From Camelus dromedarius (lineage: Eukaryota), in assembly GCF_036321535.1 (NCBI RefSeq), contig NC_087437.1, forward strand, positions 57,662,001 to 57,726,000: a stretch of 64,000 bases of DNA, given 5' to 3'. The position numbers were made by a program, and so were the translations under genes. Positions 52,136 through 64,000 of the stretch are shown piece by piece; position 1 is the first letter of the stretch; the number at the start of each line of letters is the position of its first letter. The notes under the pieces were generated by a model that saw nothing but the letters and a program-made list of their open reading frames with translations, was not told the DNA's origin and made no database searches.

Positions 52136-52886
52136 TAAAAAAAAAAAACTTGAGTTTTAATAATTTACAACTCAGAATATGCTGTCTCAGGAATCATTTC
52201 ATTTGGTCCTCACAAATGTCCGCACAAGTTTTATAGATGGAGAAACTAAGGGTTAGAAAGCTGAAAGGGTGGGTAGGTAGCAGCACTTGGGCCCAGGTCT
52301 TGGGACTGCATCTGCTCTGTCCACTCTACCGCAAGGATTTTCTTAAAACCTATTGTTTCGAACATTTCCCTATTTTTATTTCTCCCACTGCTTTTCAAAT
52401 GGAAAGCTCAAGACATGCTTGCTAAGTTAAACTGAAAATTGGGAAACTTGCAACTCTGAGGAAGTAGGGGATGCTTAATATTTAAAGTGTGCCTTTTGTA
52501 CTACATTAATTAATTACACACACCTTGTATTTACGAAGCCCTGCACCAGGAGAAGCGGATGCATCACAGGATGAGTGTATATTCCACGTTAGCCAACGTG
52601 GTCAGAGAAGATGTTAGGTGCCCTCCCGTGCAGACCAGCTACCTGTTCCTGAAGTCCTGGGGTGTGTTGCAGATACTTCAGGCTATCAAGTCAGATGGAC
52701 CTGATTCAAACCCAGACTCTGCTTCTTTGATTCTCAGCAAATTACTTTGTATTTCAAGCCTTAGTATCTTGATCATGAAAAGTGGGATAATCATACCTGC
52801 CTTGGAGAATTATTCTGAGAAATGAATGAAAGAACGCAAATAAAGTAGTACATGGTTGGTACTCAAAAAATATTGCCCTTCCCTTC

Positions 52887-53414
52887 TGCGGTATGCAGAA
52901 TTCTAAAATGGCCCAAAGATTTCCATTCTCTGATGTATAATCCACTCCCCTCCAGCATGAGTGGAACTGTGAATATGATAGGATAGTCACTCCCTGGATT
53001 CAATTATGTTATGTAAGACTCCTCCTTAGCAGGAGAAAGATAGTCTTCTGTTGGCCTTGAAGAAGCAAACTGCCATGCTGTGAATCAACTATGGAGATGG
53101 CCACATGGAAGGTCCTGAGGGCAGCCTGTAGGAACTGAGAGTGGTCATGGCTGACAGCCAGCAAGAAAATGGGGACCTCAGTCCTACAACCACAAAGCAC
53201 TAAATTCTGCCAACAACCTGAATGAATCTGCAAGAGAACCCTGAGCTCCATCTGAGAACCACAGACACCTAGACTGCAGCCTTATGAGACCCTGAGCAGA
53301 GGACCCAGTGAAGTCCTGCCAAGATTCCTAACCCACAGAAACAAAGTAACCCTAGGTTGTTTTAGATCACAAAATTCATGACAATTTGCTATGCAGCGTG
53401 AGAAAATTAATGTG
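52887..53414 (+). mobile_element. MaLR solo LTR (MLT1E-like)
   Basis: tgcggtatgcagaattctaaaatggccc...ggccttgaagaagcaaactgccatg...ctgacagccagcaagaaaatggggacctcagtcctacaaccaca...; exact 5-bp TSD ccttc (52882-52886, 53415-53419). Confidence 0.9.
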
Positions 53415-53827
53415 CCTTCCCTAAATGAAATGGACCAGAGTGGTCTGCAAGATTTGTGAGCTTCCTGAGGACTGAGGATGTCAAATCATTTCAGTAATGG
53501 TCTGATCACCTACACAAGTCCCTGGAATGGCACCCTTCAGCTCGCCAAATACTGGAGAATCCAGCTGTCATCAATCCCTCTACGTGTTCTACTCAGAGAA
53601 TTCCTAGAAAGGGTACTGATTCACCATTCTAAGATTAGCGATTTCCCAGGGCAAAGCCGGGGACCCTAGCACACCAGTCAATGTGTTGACAAGACAGACT
53701 CACAGAACTCTAGAGCTAGAAGGATACTTACAGATACTTCAGAGTCCTCTTGTCCTATCTTTATTTTAAGCTGGAAACAAGGAGGCCCAGAAAGCATCTT
53801 CCTCAGCCTCTAACAAGTGGTCAATTG

Positions 53828-54400
53828 CAGGGACACAGCCAAAGTTCTGTATAACCTGAAGCTTATGCAATTGGGGAACCTTCTTTAAAGAAAATACAAA
53901 ACTACAAATACAACATGAGTCATCAAGTAAACGCTTATTTAAAATAAGAAAGGACATCAGACCAAATTACCCATCTTTTTAAAAAATCACAGATAACAGA
54001 GACATCACAAAATCTAGACACAGCTTTAATACTTACTCATTCTGATTTCTGCCCAGGGGTTTTCATAATTTTTATATAACAATTTTGCCATATTTTCTAT
54101 AAAGAAAAAAAAAAGATTCAACCTTGCCTCTAACATGATTGATTTACTTCTTTTTAATTATTAAAAGTTAAGAAATGTTTAATTCAGCTACCACTCGTTA
54201 ACATGTAAATATTTAAGGTTATTGTCAAATTTGATTTTAAAACAAACCCAATGTCTATCACATATGAGCTGCAAAATCTGGAAGAATTTTCAACAGACTA
54301 CTTTCTGTACACTTCTCCTCCACCTGAGCTAAGTTCATAGCACAACAGGATCTCTGGCCCTGCATCCTTGTGCCACTCCCCCACTGAGTCAGAACTGTGG
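53828..54400. mobile_element. hAT-Tip100-type DNA transposon fragment (Arthur1-like)
   Basis: cctgaagcttatgcaattggggaaccttctttaaagaaaatacaaaactacaaatac resembles the recalled Arthur1 terminus; right boundary uncertain. Confidence 0.5.
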
Positions 54401-55331
54401 TCCACTGGAGTATTCCTGGCCATTTCAACATCAGGATGGCCGACAGTGATTTCTTGGAAGTGACTGTAAACAAAAATGATAATAATCCTATGGAACCCAA
54501 ATTAAATGTATCCCCAACTCAACTTCCTCTTAGCCATATCCCAAACATGTCAGTGACAACTCCACTGCCCTACAACAAGGGAAGAATGATAAAGGAGATG
54601 GCTGGGAGGAAAAAGCTAGCAACCTTAAAATAATTGTGGTCAAATATCCCACTTTTGCAAATTTCCAAAAAAAAAAATATGAACACGTGAACACATTACT
54701 AGGGTCCACCCAGGGAAGGGTCTACACAAGTAAGGAACCTATGAAGTCGATGCCTGCATTGTCTATGATCAGTGGGGGTAAAGGGCACCAATTTTATCTT
54801 GAAAACTGTGAGAAAAATCAAGTTTTTTTTGTGCAATAAGGAAAATAAAGCATGGAAAGATTGAATAACTTCCCAAAGTCTCACAACAGTAAAGAGTGGA
54901 GGTGGAACTGAACCCAGGCAGCTTGAACCCAGCTTTCACAGTCTTTACCAGTGTGGTACCCATCCTGCCACAGGAGCAAGCTTGTGACTGTACGTGTGTG
55001 CATGCCTGTGTGTGTGTACACGTACACATGCATGTGTGCACATGGGCATGTGTGTGTTAGGCAGAAGAGAAAGAAAACAAGTGTTCTGTGAGTCGATCTT
55101 AATGTGAGTCAATCTTAATGTGAGTTGACTTTTTTTTGAGTTTTTACTTGTTCTATTTGATTACAACGATCGCCTGTAGGAATAGAGAATGGGTTTTGGA
55201 GTTGATGTTAGGGACCACACACTGCTACCCAAAAACTAGTCTGACTCAGCAGTGATTGGAAAGCCCACTGGAAACACAGAATGCTAGTTAAAGCCTCCAT
55301 CATTAAGATATCAAAAGTAAGAGGATAAACG

Positions 55332-55414
55332 TTTTTATGCAGGTACTGGGGATTGAACCCAGGACCTCATGTAGGCTAAGCATAAATTCAACCACTGAGC
55401 TATTACCCTCCCCC
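55332..55414 (-). mobile_element. Short tRNA-derived SINE (camelid Vic-1-like)
   Basis: aggtactggggattgaacccaggacctcatgtaggctaagcat...accactgagctattaccctcccc, homologous to 39697-39786. Confidence 0.85.
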
Positions 55415-56867
55415 GAAAAGGATATTCTAACTCATGATGGCTTCCCTCTTCATTTAGTGGGGGCAGCAGTACTTTTTCATCCAACTGCTTTTCAGATCTA
55501 CAAGCAAGTTTCAGTGGTGACATCTTAGCCACTCCAGGGTTCAAAGAGCACTGAAGAAAGAATTAGGAGAAATGGTTCTGACTCATCCTCACGATTACTC
55601 CACCTGAGGTACCCTGGATAACTCCTATCCTTCTCTTGGTCTCAGTTTCCTCAGTGTGATGGGGGGTTAAACATCTGCTCCAATGTTCTATGATCTGGGT
55701 TTTATCTTTAAACTACAAACTGAAAGCTTCAGAAGAGAAAATTTTCAAGGCTATGAAGGAGCAGGAACATCCTGGATTTATCTCAGATTTCTTTCTCAGT
55801 TAGAACAATACTAGTTTAAAAAAAAATGATTTCTTTGAACACCAAATGAGGAATGAATTTTCAATTATTTTTGAAGGAAAAAACAGTGAGAATTTCTATC
55901 CTAAAACTGAAAACCAACTACAAGAGATAGGAAATCTTAGCAAAAGGTTTTGAAAGAGCGCTGACCTCCAGGCTCCCTACTTCTAGGGCTTCTCACTGTA
56001 ATAATCCATGGTCTGCTCCACTTGCGAGTTTCAGGAACTCATTGCACCATTTGGGTCTGACACATGAAGTGCTGGAGACCAAGGTCTGGTCCTGGAACAG
56101 CACTGCTCCGCCAGGGGCCTGGGGATGAGTCTCCTGGTCCTGACTTTCCTCATCTCTAAAGGAGGGGTGCTTACCTAGTTACTTCTTTATGTCTTTCCAT
56201 ACCAGAAGCTCTGCTTTCTAAAAAGCAAGTTATTCTGAAAAAATGAAGTAAGTAAGCTATTGCCCTTACCGCTGAGTGATACCAAACCTTAATCAAAATA
56301 AGCATTTCTCCTCCTTGTTCTGTTCGGTCCCTGCTGATAGGATCTGCTTCTGTTGTTTACCCTGTGCAGAGTAACTTTCAATGTATTACCTCGCTAAGCC
56401 TCTTAATCACGTTTTCAGGAGCACAAATGATAAGTAACATTCACCTAACTGGATTTTATAATTCTCTGGCATTTTAAAAAGATATTTATTGTAAAGAGTA
56501 TTTTTAAACAGCACAACTTAAGGAAAGCCCATCACAATGAATGCATCTACGTCCTTGAGTGAGCCCAAGTCATCCTCAAACTCTTCCTCCTGCCCTGATT
56601 ACTGCACACCTACTTCACGCAGGGCCCGGGGTGCTGAGAGCAGGAGAGGAACGTGGCCCCAGGATGATGCACTCATAGTCCCCACCTTCAGGAAGCTCGG
56701 TCTCCTACAAGGCGATCCCACGTAAGCTGATAAGGAGCACAAGCCCCTGGGCCCAAAATGATGTATTGTGAGGTACCAGAGAGAAATACGCATCCTCTTT
56801 GCCACCTTGTTTACCTTTGCCTCTTGGGATACAGTACAAGAGAGTCAGAGTTTAGTGCTGAAAAATC

Positions 56868-57162
56868 AGTGGTTCTCAAACCTTCATTCACATCTGAATC
56901 ACCTGGAGAGCTTGTGAAAACAGCCTGCTGGGCCTTGCTCTCGGGCTTCTGACTCAGAAGGTGAGGGGTTGAGCCAAGAGCCTGTGGTTCTAACCAGTTC
57001 CCAGGCGATGCTGCTGTTGCTGACGTGGGGCGGACATCTGGAGAACCCGACGAGAGGGTTGATCATGAACTGAGCTAATTAGTCTGGGACCGGGATCCGA
57101 CAGTGATAGGTCTTAAAAGCTCCCCAGGGGTACTCACGTACAGCGGGACAGGAGAGCCACTG
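56868..57162. mobile_element. MER5A element plus an adjoining MER5-family fragment
   Basis: cagtggttctcaaacc...gaatcacctggagagcttgtgaaaacag...ttctaaccagttcccaggcgatgctg...gagaacc; then aaagctccccagggg...gagagccactg. Confidence 0.8.
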
Positions 57163-57498
57163 GATTCAATTAGATGACGTCACATTCCCCCAAAGAATTG
57201 CACTTTCAAGATACTTGAAGCTTATGTCTATTTCTAAGCAGCTTGCCTGATTAATGGTTTCTTTCCCTGTGGGTTCAAACTTTTAGGTAAAGTTATGTTT
57301 AGGATGACATTTTTCAGGAAAGACTAGAATGCAGCCCATATTTTGTGATTGCCGAATACACACAGGTGTGTCTCCCAACATCGTATTGGGTGCTGGAGAA
57401 CACAGAGATAGAGGCCCATCACAAACTGGGTAGATGCTGAAGGACATGAAGATTAATTTAATAACATATTCAAAAACCACTCCTTGAGTACTCACTTT

Positions 57499-57586
57499 TT
57501 TTTTTTAATGGAGGCACTGAGAATTGAACTCAGGGCCTCGTGCATGCTAAGCACGTGCTCTACCACTGAGCTAAACCCCTTCACCC
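57499..57586 (-). mobile_element. Short tRNA-derived SINE (camelid Vic-1-like)
   Basis: atggaggcactgagaattgaactcagggcctcgtgcatgctaagcacgtgctctaccactgagcta; 17-bp TSD ccttgagt(a/g)ctcacttt (57482-57498, 57587-57603). Confidence 0.88.
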
Positions 57587-58651
57587 CCTTGAGTGCTCAC
57601 TTTCTGCTGTGCCAATGGGCTCAGGCTTTTCTCTTTAAAAATGAGAGACTATGGAAGCTTTGGCTCTTTTTAATCAGCCAAGAGGCAGAGTCAGGGATTC
57701 CCAGTCTTTTTATTCCCTGATGCCAGTACAATCAGATCACTAGTTAATGTCTCCCTCTGCTCCAGCCTCAGAAGGGTAAAAACCAGAGCAAGGTACCCAG
57801 AGAAGAGACAGGGTGGCTGCTATACTCAGGCAGATACCAATAAGGAGGGAAACATTCATGTCAAAGATGACAACATATCAGAATTCCAGCAAGAGAAGCT
57901 TATGTTTGACCGGCACATCTTGTCAGTGACATCTGCAGTGTTACTAAGGAAGTCCGTCTGCAGGTGCTGAAACACTTCAGAGCTCCTGGGACCAGCGGCC
58001 CTCTCTGGCTTTATAAAGCTTTCTGGTTTCAGAGAAACGGAGGATGGCTGAGAGAAGCACATCTATGGGGCTGAATCTAAAACCAGAGAGTCACAAAGTG
58101 TAGACAACCCTTCAGGTCACTTTGTCCTGAACTACAACACTGTATGTGGGTATGCGGGTCTAGCTACAAGTGTGATTGTTCTTTGCAGTGGGTCTTTGAG
58201 ACTCATCCAAGACACACTGTAACCAACATGAAATTGTCTGCCTTTATCACATTCTTACGGATATTTATAAATGATAATCAGTTTCAGATTCAGACAGGTC
58301 TAGAACTCAAGCAGGAGCAAAAAAAATGTCTGAACATCTTTTTTGAAATGATAATTTTATTTATTACAATAGCCCCTTCAGGGGTCCACAGATCCAGCTT
58401 TTATTCCTTCCCTTTAACACACATCCTGCCACTATCAATATTCTTTATAGAGATAACAGAGCTTCCACTGGTAACTGAGCCCAGTACTTCTTTATGTCCC
58501 CTACAATGCAGAGCTCTTTTACCTATTCTCAGTAGAACTGAAAAGAACCTCAAACTTTTCTCAGTGGAGAGTAGTTTCCAATGAAGATCCCTTTTAAGGC
58601 ACACTTTCCCCTTCCCTTGTTGGAATCAGAATATTCCCATTTTACTTAGAT

Positions 58652-59480
58652 CATTCATTCAACAAATATTTAGTCATTTCCTCCTATGTGTTGGGCATTA
58701 TGCTGCACATGAGAATACAATGGTGAGCAAAACCAGATCTGATTCTTGGCTCAAATGAGCTCAGCATCTAGTGGTGGGAGAGACAGATGGGAATCAAATA
58801 AGCACACAAGTTAAAGATGAGGTTGCATTTGTGAAGAAGGAAAGGTGCACAGTTTTGTGAGAGCGTAACACAAGCAAAGAGCAATCAGGGAAGTCTTTAC
58901 TGGATAAGGGAATGCAGAGCTGAAGTCCAAGGGCTGAGAATGGAGGACACTAAGTGAATACGTTTTCAGGTAGGGGGAATGGTGTGTAGAAGGACTCTGG
59001 TGTGAGAGATAAAACAATAAGATAATTTTTTAAAAGACTGGCAAAAGTTGTCTTCATAGGCTTTGGGGGAAAAAAATTCTTTGTTACATAGGCAATAGGA
59101 AATCTGTTGAAAGGTTTCAAAGAGTTGGTAAGATGAAACGAAAAAAATTGCATCTTGAAAAGTCATTCTGACAACAGTCTAGGAAAACAGCAACTGGAAG
59201 GGGCAGTTAGTCCCAGGTGGGCTGGCTGGGAGCATTTTTTTTTTTTTTTTTTTTGCAATAGATGTGAAAGAAGCAAGATTAAACTGGTGGCAGTGGAGCA
59301 ATTCATGATGAGTCAGATGGAGTACGAGGTAGGAGCAACAGAATGAGTCAAGAGTGATCTCTAGGTTTCCGGAATAACAGGGTAGTCTGAGTACCATTCA
59401 CTGAGCATGATAATACTGCCAACAAACACACTGTGAGGCATAAAATCCTAAGTTTGAATTCTGATGTCTTGAGCTTCAAG
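58652..59480 (-). mobile_element. L2 LINE, 3' portion
   Basis: cattcattcaacaaatattta...cctatgtgttgggcattatgc...gagaatacaatggtgagcaaaacc..., continuing as degenerate purine-rich L2. Confidence 0.75.
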
Positions 59481-62400
59481 ATTTTCCTTCATTAACCCTC
59501 TTCTCTATCCTAGTTTTTAAGCATCTTTTTCAGAACTCTATAAACTAAAAAGAGGGCACAAAGATATAGGGCAGCATCTCTTTAAATCTTCTGTTTTGCA
59601 GATGGTAAGAGGATTTCAAACACCTGCCACATTTGAAAATCCAACTCTATTTACTCTTCTAATACATGTTAATCACTCAACAAATTGAAAATGAAACAAA
59701 TGATGCCTTACTCACCAGGAACACAATCTAACTCATCAGTCACTATGAGCATCCATCGTGAGGCTGATAACATTTCTCTATCCCATGAAATATTATATTC
59801 TAATTTGATAATGACATTTGATTTACAGTTTTACTTAAATTTCAATGTATATAACATTTCTTTCAAATTAAGTGCAAGCTCACTGATGACAGAAACCACA
59901 CCTTATATTTCTAAGGCACTGCAGAAAGTGCTCTAGGATAAAGAACCTCAGTCCAGACACAATAAATACTATACATTTCCCAATCCCTGACACTGTTTTG
60001 AGCATCGGAAAGGGTAAAATGGTATATGGCATAATTAAAAAAAAGAATTGTATTTGGGGGCTTGGATTCTAATGCCAGTATTGTCCCTTAATGAGCTACA
60101 TAAAAGTGGGCAAGTTATTTCACTTCCCTGGGCTTCAGTTGTCTCAATTATTAATCTCTGAAGATTCAGTTCAATGGGATCGTGTACCTTCAAGCATTTA
60201 TCACAGAAGCCATAACAGCTTTCCTTAACTTTCTTGATTAAATGTTGAATCAATAAAGGTGTGAATGGATGTGTATCTGAATGAGGGGAACTAAGGGGGG
60301 ATGTAGTGAGTAGAGAGGGGATTCGTCGGGGAGTCAGGACACCAGGATCCTCAGGCCAGTTCAGCTGCTGATTCGCTCTCTGATTCTAAGTCAGTTTCTT
60401 TCCCTCTGTGCCTAGGAAACCCCTCCAGGTGACACTGCACATTTTTTTGGATACCCTACTGTCAGAGCCCCAGAGCCAGGGAGCCACAGGGAGAAGCTCT
60501 TTACTCAATTACATCCCTTTGAGAATGAAGAGAGGGACAATAAACAGAGAGCATTGTTCATGTCTAGGGCAAAAAGCCCCTTCAAACAGGAAATGACAGC
60601 ACTTACATTCACCCCTTAGGTCCAGTTTGCATTTCCCTCTTCTCCTTGTGCAAGGGACAGCAAGAGAATTTCTCCTCTAGGAGCCATGACTGTTTAACCA
60701 GAGAGTCCTCACCGATTCTAAAGCCAGAACCTCGTGAGGCAGTGACGGGCGGATACCAGTGACCTCAATTACCTCAGCTACCTGGGCTTCCAGGTCAATA
60801 GCTCCAACCACTGCATCACTTCCCTGTTTGCAGTTCAAAGGTTCAAGTTGTACTAGAATGGCATCCTCCAGGTCTGATTAACTCAATACAGCTTACTTTT
60901 CTCAAAGGCAATCAAAAAAAAAAAAAAAAAAAACCAAAAACCAAAAAAAAACTACCTTCATTGCTAACTCACCTTAATCTACATTTTAGAAGCCTCATTT
61001 GGACCAATGGTATTTCACACAGATCAAGATTAGAGTGTCACTGAATGGGGCCAAAATAATGGTACCAAAGTAATACCGCAAGGTAACTGACATGAGCCCT
61101 AATGAAAGAATCCATTATTATTACCAAATTGAAATAGAGATACCCCATGCTTTTTATTACTAGAGGCCTATCTAATTATAGCTTAATAGCTGCAAAGATG
61201 TGTTTTATTTGGAAAGACTAGATTTTAGCTAAGACTTATTACAGAGAAATTCAGACATCTGCAGCGATATTCATCCTCTTGGTAACAGGGGTAAACATTA
61301 TAGTCACTCAGGAGTGACTGAAGGGAGGTTTTCATCGGTCTGTGCATTTCTCACCTTAGCTCTGAAATCCAGATTTGCATCAGCACTGGAGTGTGACAGT
61401 CAGAATGGAATATTCTTTGTTTCTCTTATGTAAAAATCTTCAAAAATGCAGATGGCATTGCATAAAATATATATTTTATAAAAATATTTAAAAACTTGAA
61501 ATATCATAGGACGGTAGTAAGAGACAGGGATGGAAAAGGTGGATGGAGAACTCTGAATACTTAACTTAGTATCTAACTTGACCTTTTGGGTTGTTGAAGA
61601 TGTGGAAAAGCAGGTGTTTCATAATCAGCCTTCTGCCTTCCGCTTTAGAAAGTGCAACTAATAATTTTATTTTGGCTGAATATTTCAAATAACATTTGTG
61701 TAGCGAACTGCGTTCAAAATGTATCTCCATGTTCTTTATAAGATTAGCAAACAAAAATTGTTTTAAAGACCATTTCCGGGTCAGCGAAATCTACATTTTG
61801 GTGTGGACCTGGCTTTACTCATACTTAAGGCATTTATTTCCTTCACACAAGGTAGGTCTGGATGAAAACTCCCCTCCACGGTCCAGCGCCGCCCCAGGAT
61901 GTACGGCAAGGCTCTCAGCTCACGGGAATCGGAGACCAGCAGGTGGAGCAGGTGGCAATGAGATGGGCACACGGAAGAGCCGAGAGGATGGGCAGTGAGG
62001 GGGCGGTAACGCCAGGCACCCGGCTCACCCAGGGGCTCGGACATCTACCCTCACGTTCAGGACCCACAGATCCCCAGACGCCCAGAAGTCCCTGGGGTGT
62101 AACACGGTTTTACTGGATCATATACATCTACACGAACTTGAACGAGTTAACTGTGAGGAAGAAAGAGAAAAATGACCATCCACCCGGCTCCTTAACCAAG
62201 CCCTCCACCTTGGACCAGCCTGCCACGCCCACCTCCCCTCCAGTGTCGTCCAATTGGACCTTGGGAGCTCACCTTGGGAAAAGGGCAAGAACGATTTGAG
62301 TTCACTTCCTTGGAACCTGGAATCACCTGCCATGCTTCTCTCATCTCATATTTCCCATCGAGTGTGTTTATTGGAAGAGGTATGTTTTCTTCTCTCAGAC

Positions 62401-62719
62401 CTCACTTCATCTCTTTTTTTTTTGCCTTCTTTTTTTCTTGCGTCTTTCCCCCCCCTTGCCTTTGTGTGAGATTGTTTTTGTTTTCTGTTTTCATCAATAG
62501 ATCCTAACAGTTTCTGGAACGGGATAATGTGACCTTCAGCATTTAGATAAGACTGGAACAAGCGAGAAAAGAGCAGAGCACACTGTCATTGCTAATGGTC
62601 TAAGAATAATTCAAGCAAGCCTATTCCCTAACGCTGGCAGGGTCTCCCCAGTTCTCCCTGCTTCTAGACACACCCTCAACAGGCCGGCTCGCTCGGCACG
62701 GGGGCCAGAAATGGTGGGA

Positions 62720-62737
62720 GAGCGCCACCTGGTGGGA
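62720..62737 (-). promoter_or_regulatory. Candidate CTCF binding site
   Basis: Reverse strand CCACCAGGTGGCGC is a full match to the CCASYAGRKGGCRS core; motif only, no binding data. Confidence 0.55.
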
Positions 62738-64000
62738 TCAGTGGGAAAAGCTTCACTCAGAACCAGACGGATTTTCAGCTTAGCTCTCAAAACACGTTTA
62801 AAAGAACTATATTTTAAAATGCCTTGAACACTTTCCAGTCACTGAAGCGAAGCCAGAATTTATGAATTCTCTCTCCTAGGTCTTCTCTGACTAGCAGCAG
62901 AAATATCTGTACAATGAATCTGTCCTCAGGTAAAATTTAAGCTGAAGGACAACCCTAGCTTCCCTTCTTTAAATAAAAGATTGGGAGCAGTCAGAAATTC
63001 AAAGGACAAGGAGCACTAATTATGCAGATTACATTCAGATTGAAATTTACATAGTATCTGAGCAGGAAACTCCACCCATGCTTTACAGTAGAGCACTAAC
63101 TACTACTCTTCCGTACATCTTCCCTGAGGATATCTCTTCCGTCCTTGGAACTACCACCCACTTTACGAATACCAGTTGCTTTTCCATAACACCAGCGACT
63201 GTCAAAGGCACGGTTTATGGACCATTTACACTGAAATCAACTATAATGTTTTCTTAAAAGTGCAATTTCTTGGGCCCTACCCTACATCAATTAAATCAGA
63301 ATTTCTTGGGCTGCAACCTAGGGATGGGCTTTTGAAGTTAGCGCCCCAGTTGAATCTCTCATATTCCATGTACTCCAGGTAGAGATTCCACTGCTCTCTG
63401 CACTGGGTCCAGAAATTAACCAATTTGGGAGAGAACCGCCCTTGTTCCTGCATAGTAGATTATTACTAGTTTTTCATAACCCAGCTTCTTGGAAAACCTT
63501 TTGTGGGAAGCTTTCCCAATTTATTTCATGAAAATTCAAACAGATGCTTCTTCCTCGGAGCCCTTTAACCTAGTCACATCCTTATACATGTTATAAGTAT
63601 TTCCACTCCAGCTTATCAGAGATCTGTCTCTTTGCTGAGACATCCTACATGGTGGGCGCTCTCACTCATCTCTTTAAGGGACCCCACAATACAACATGCA
63701 GTGGCCCAGTGCACATGATAAGGTTTAAAGAGTTCACCCCAAACTCTGTTTAAAATTGCACTTGAAGTTTTCCAGCTTCAAATAATCAGCCAGCAAGAAG
63801 ACTTGCAGCACAGCTCCCCAGAAAACAGCTTCCCATCCATCCAAAAAGCAGCAAACTCCCCCTAGTGGAACCGAGCTGTTCGCCTCATCCTTACTCAGGC
63901 CCCAAGTTATCTTGACACACCAATCATGTTGCAACTGTCTGGCCCTTTGCAGCGCCCCAGGAATTCTGAGCGACAGAGGAGACAGTGATCTGCTCCACAG

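Noticed and set aside
57952..57972. REST/RE1-like sites (also 21629-21640 and 56620-56638)
   Set aside because: Only one half-site or the core matches; the GGACAG half is missing or mis-spaced.

Overview
Mammalian genomic DNA, not prokaryotic, so the supplied ORF track with GTG/TTG starts is almost all noise. The window is centred on the first coding exon (exon 1A) of FGF12/FHF1 on the minus strand (CDS 23880->23682, 66 codons + 1 nt, GT donor). The exon sits in a ~2.5 kb CpG island (~23690-26220). Everything to the left is intron 1; exon 2 is not in the window. Everything to the right is upstream of 1A and probably lies in the long intron of the FGF12B transcript. The rest is typical intronic repeat landscape: L1 fragments, L2, CR1/L3, MIR, three MaLR (MLT1) solo LTRs, hAT DNA transposons, microsatellites and three short tRNA-derived SINEs. 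The SINE and young L1 3' ends suggest a camelid (inference from recalled repeat consensus). Repeat family names were assigned by eye and need RepeatMasker/Dfam confirmation. I found no convincing previously undescribed biological system. The best leads are modest: uORFs and a possible extra upstream exon at the FGF12A promoter, a strong antisense bias of L1/LTR inserts on both sides of exon 1A, an orphan polyadenylated retro-fragment, a CTCF-motif cluster and a triplicated 16-mer.
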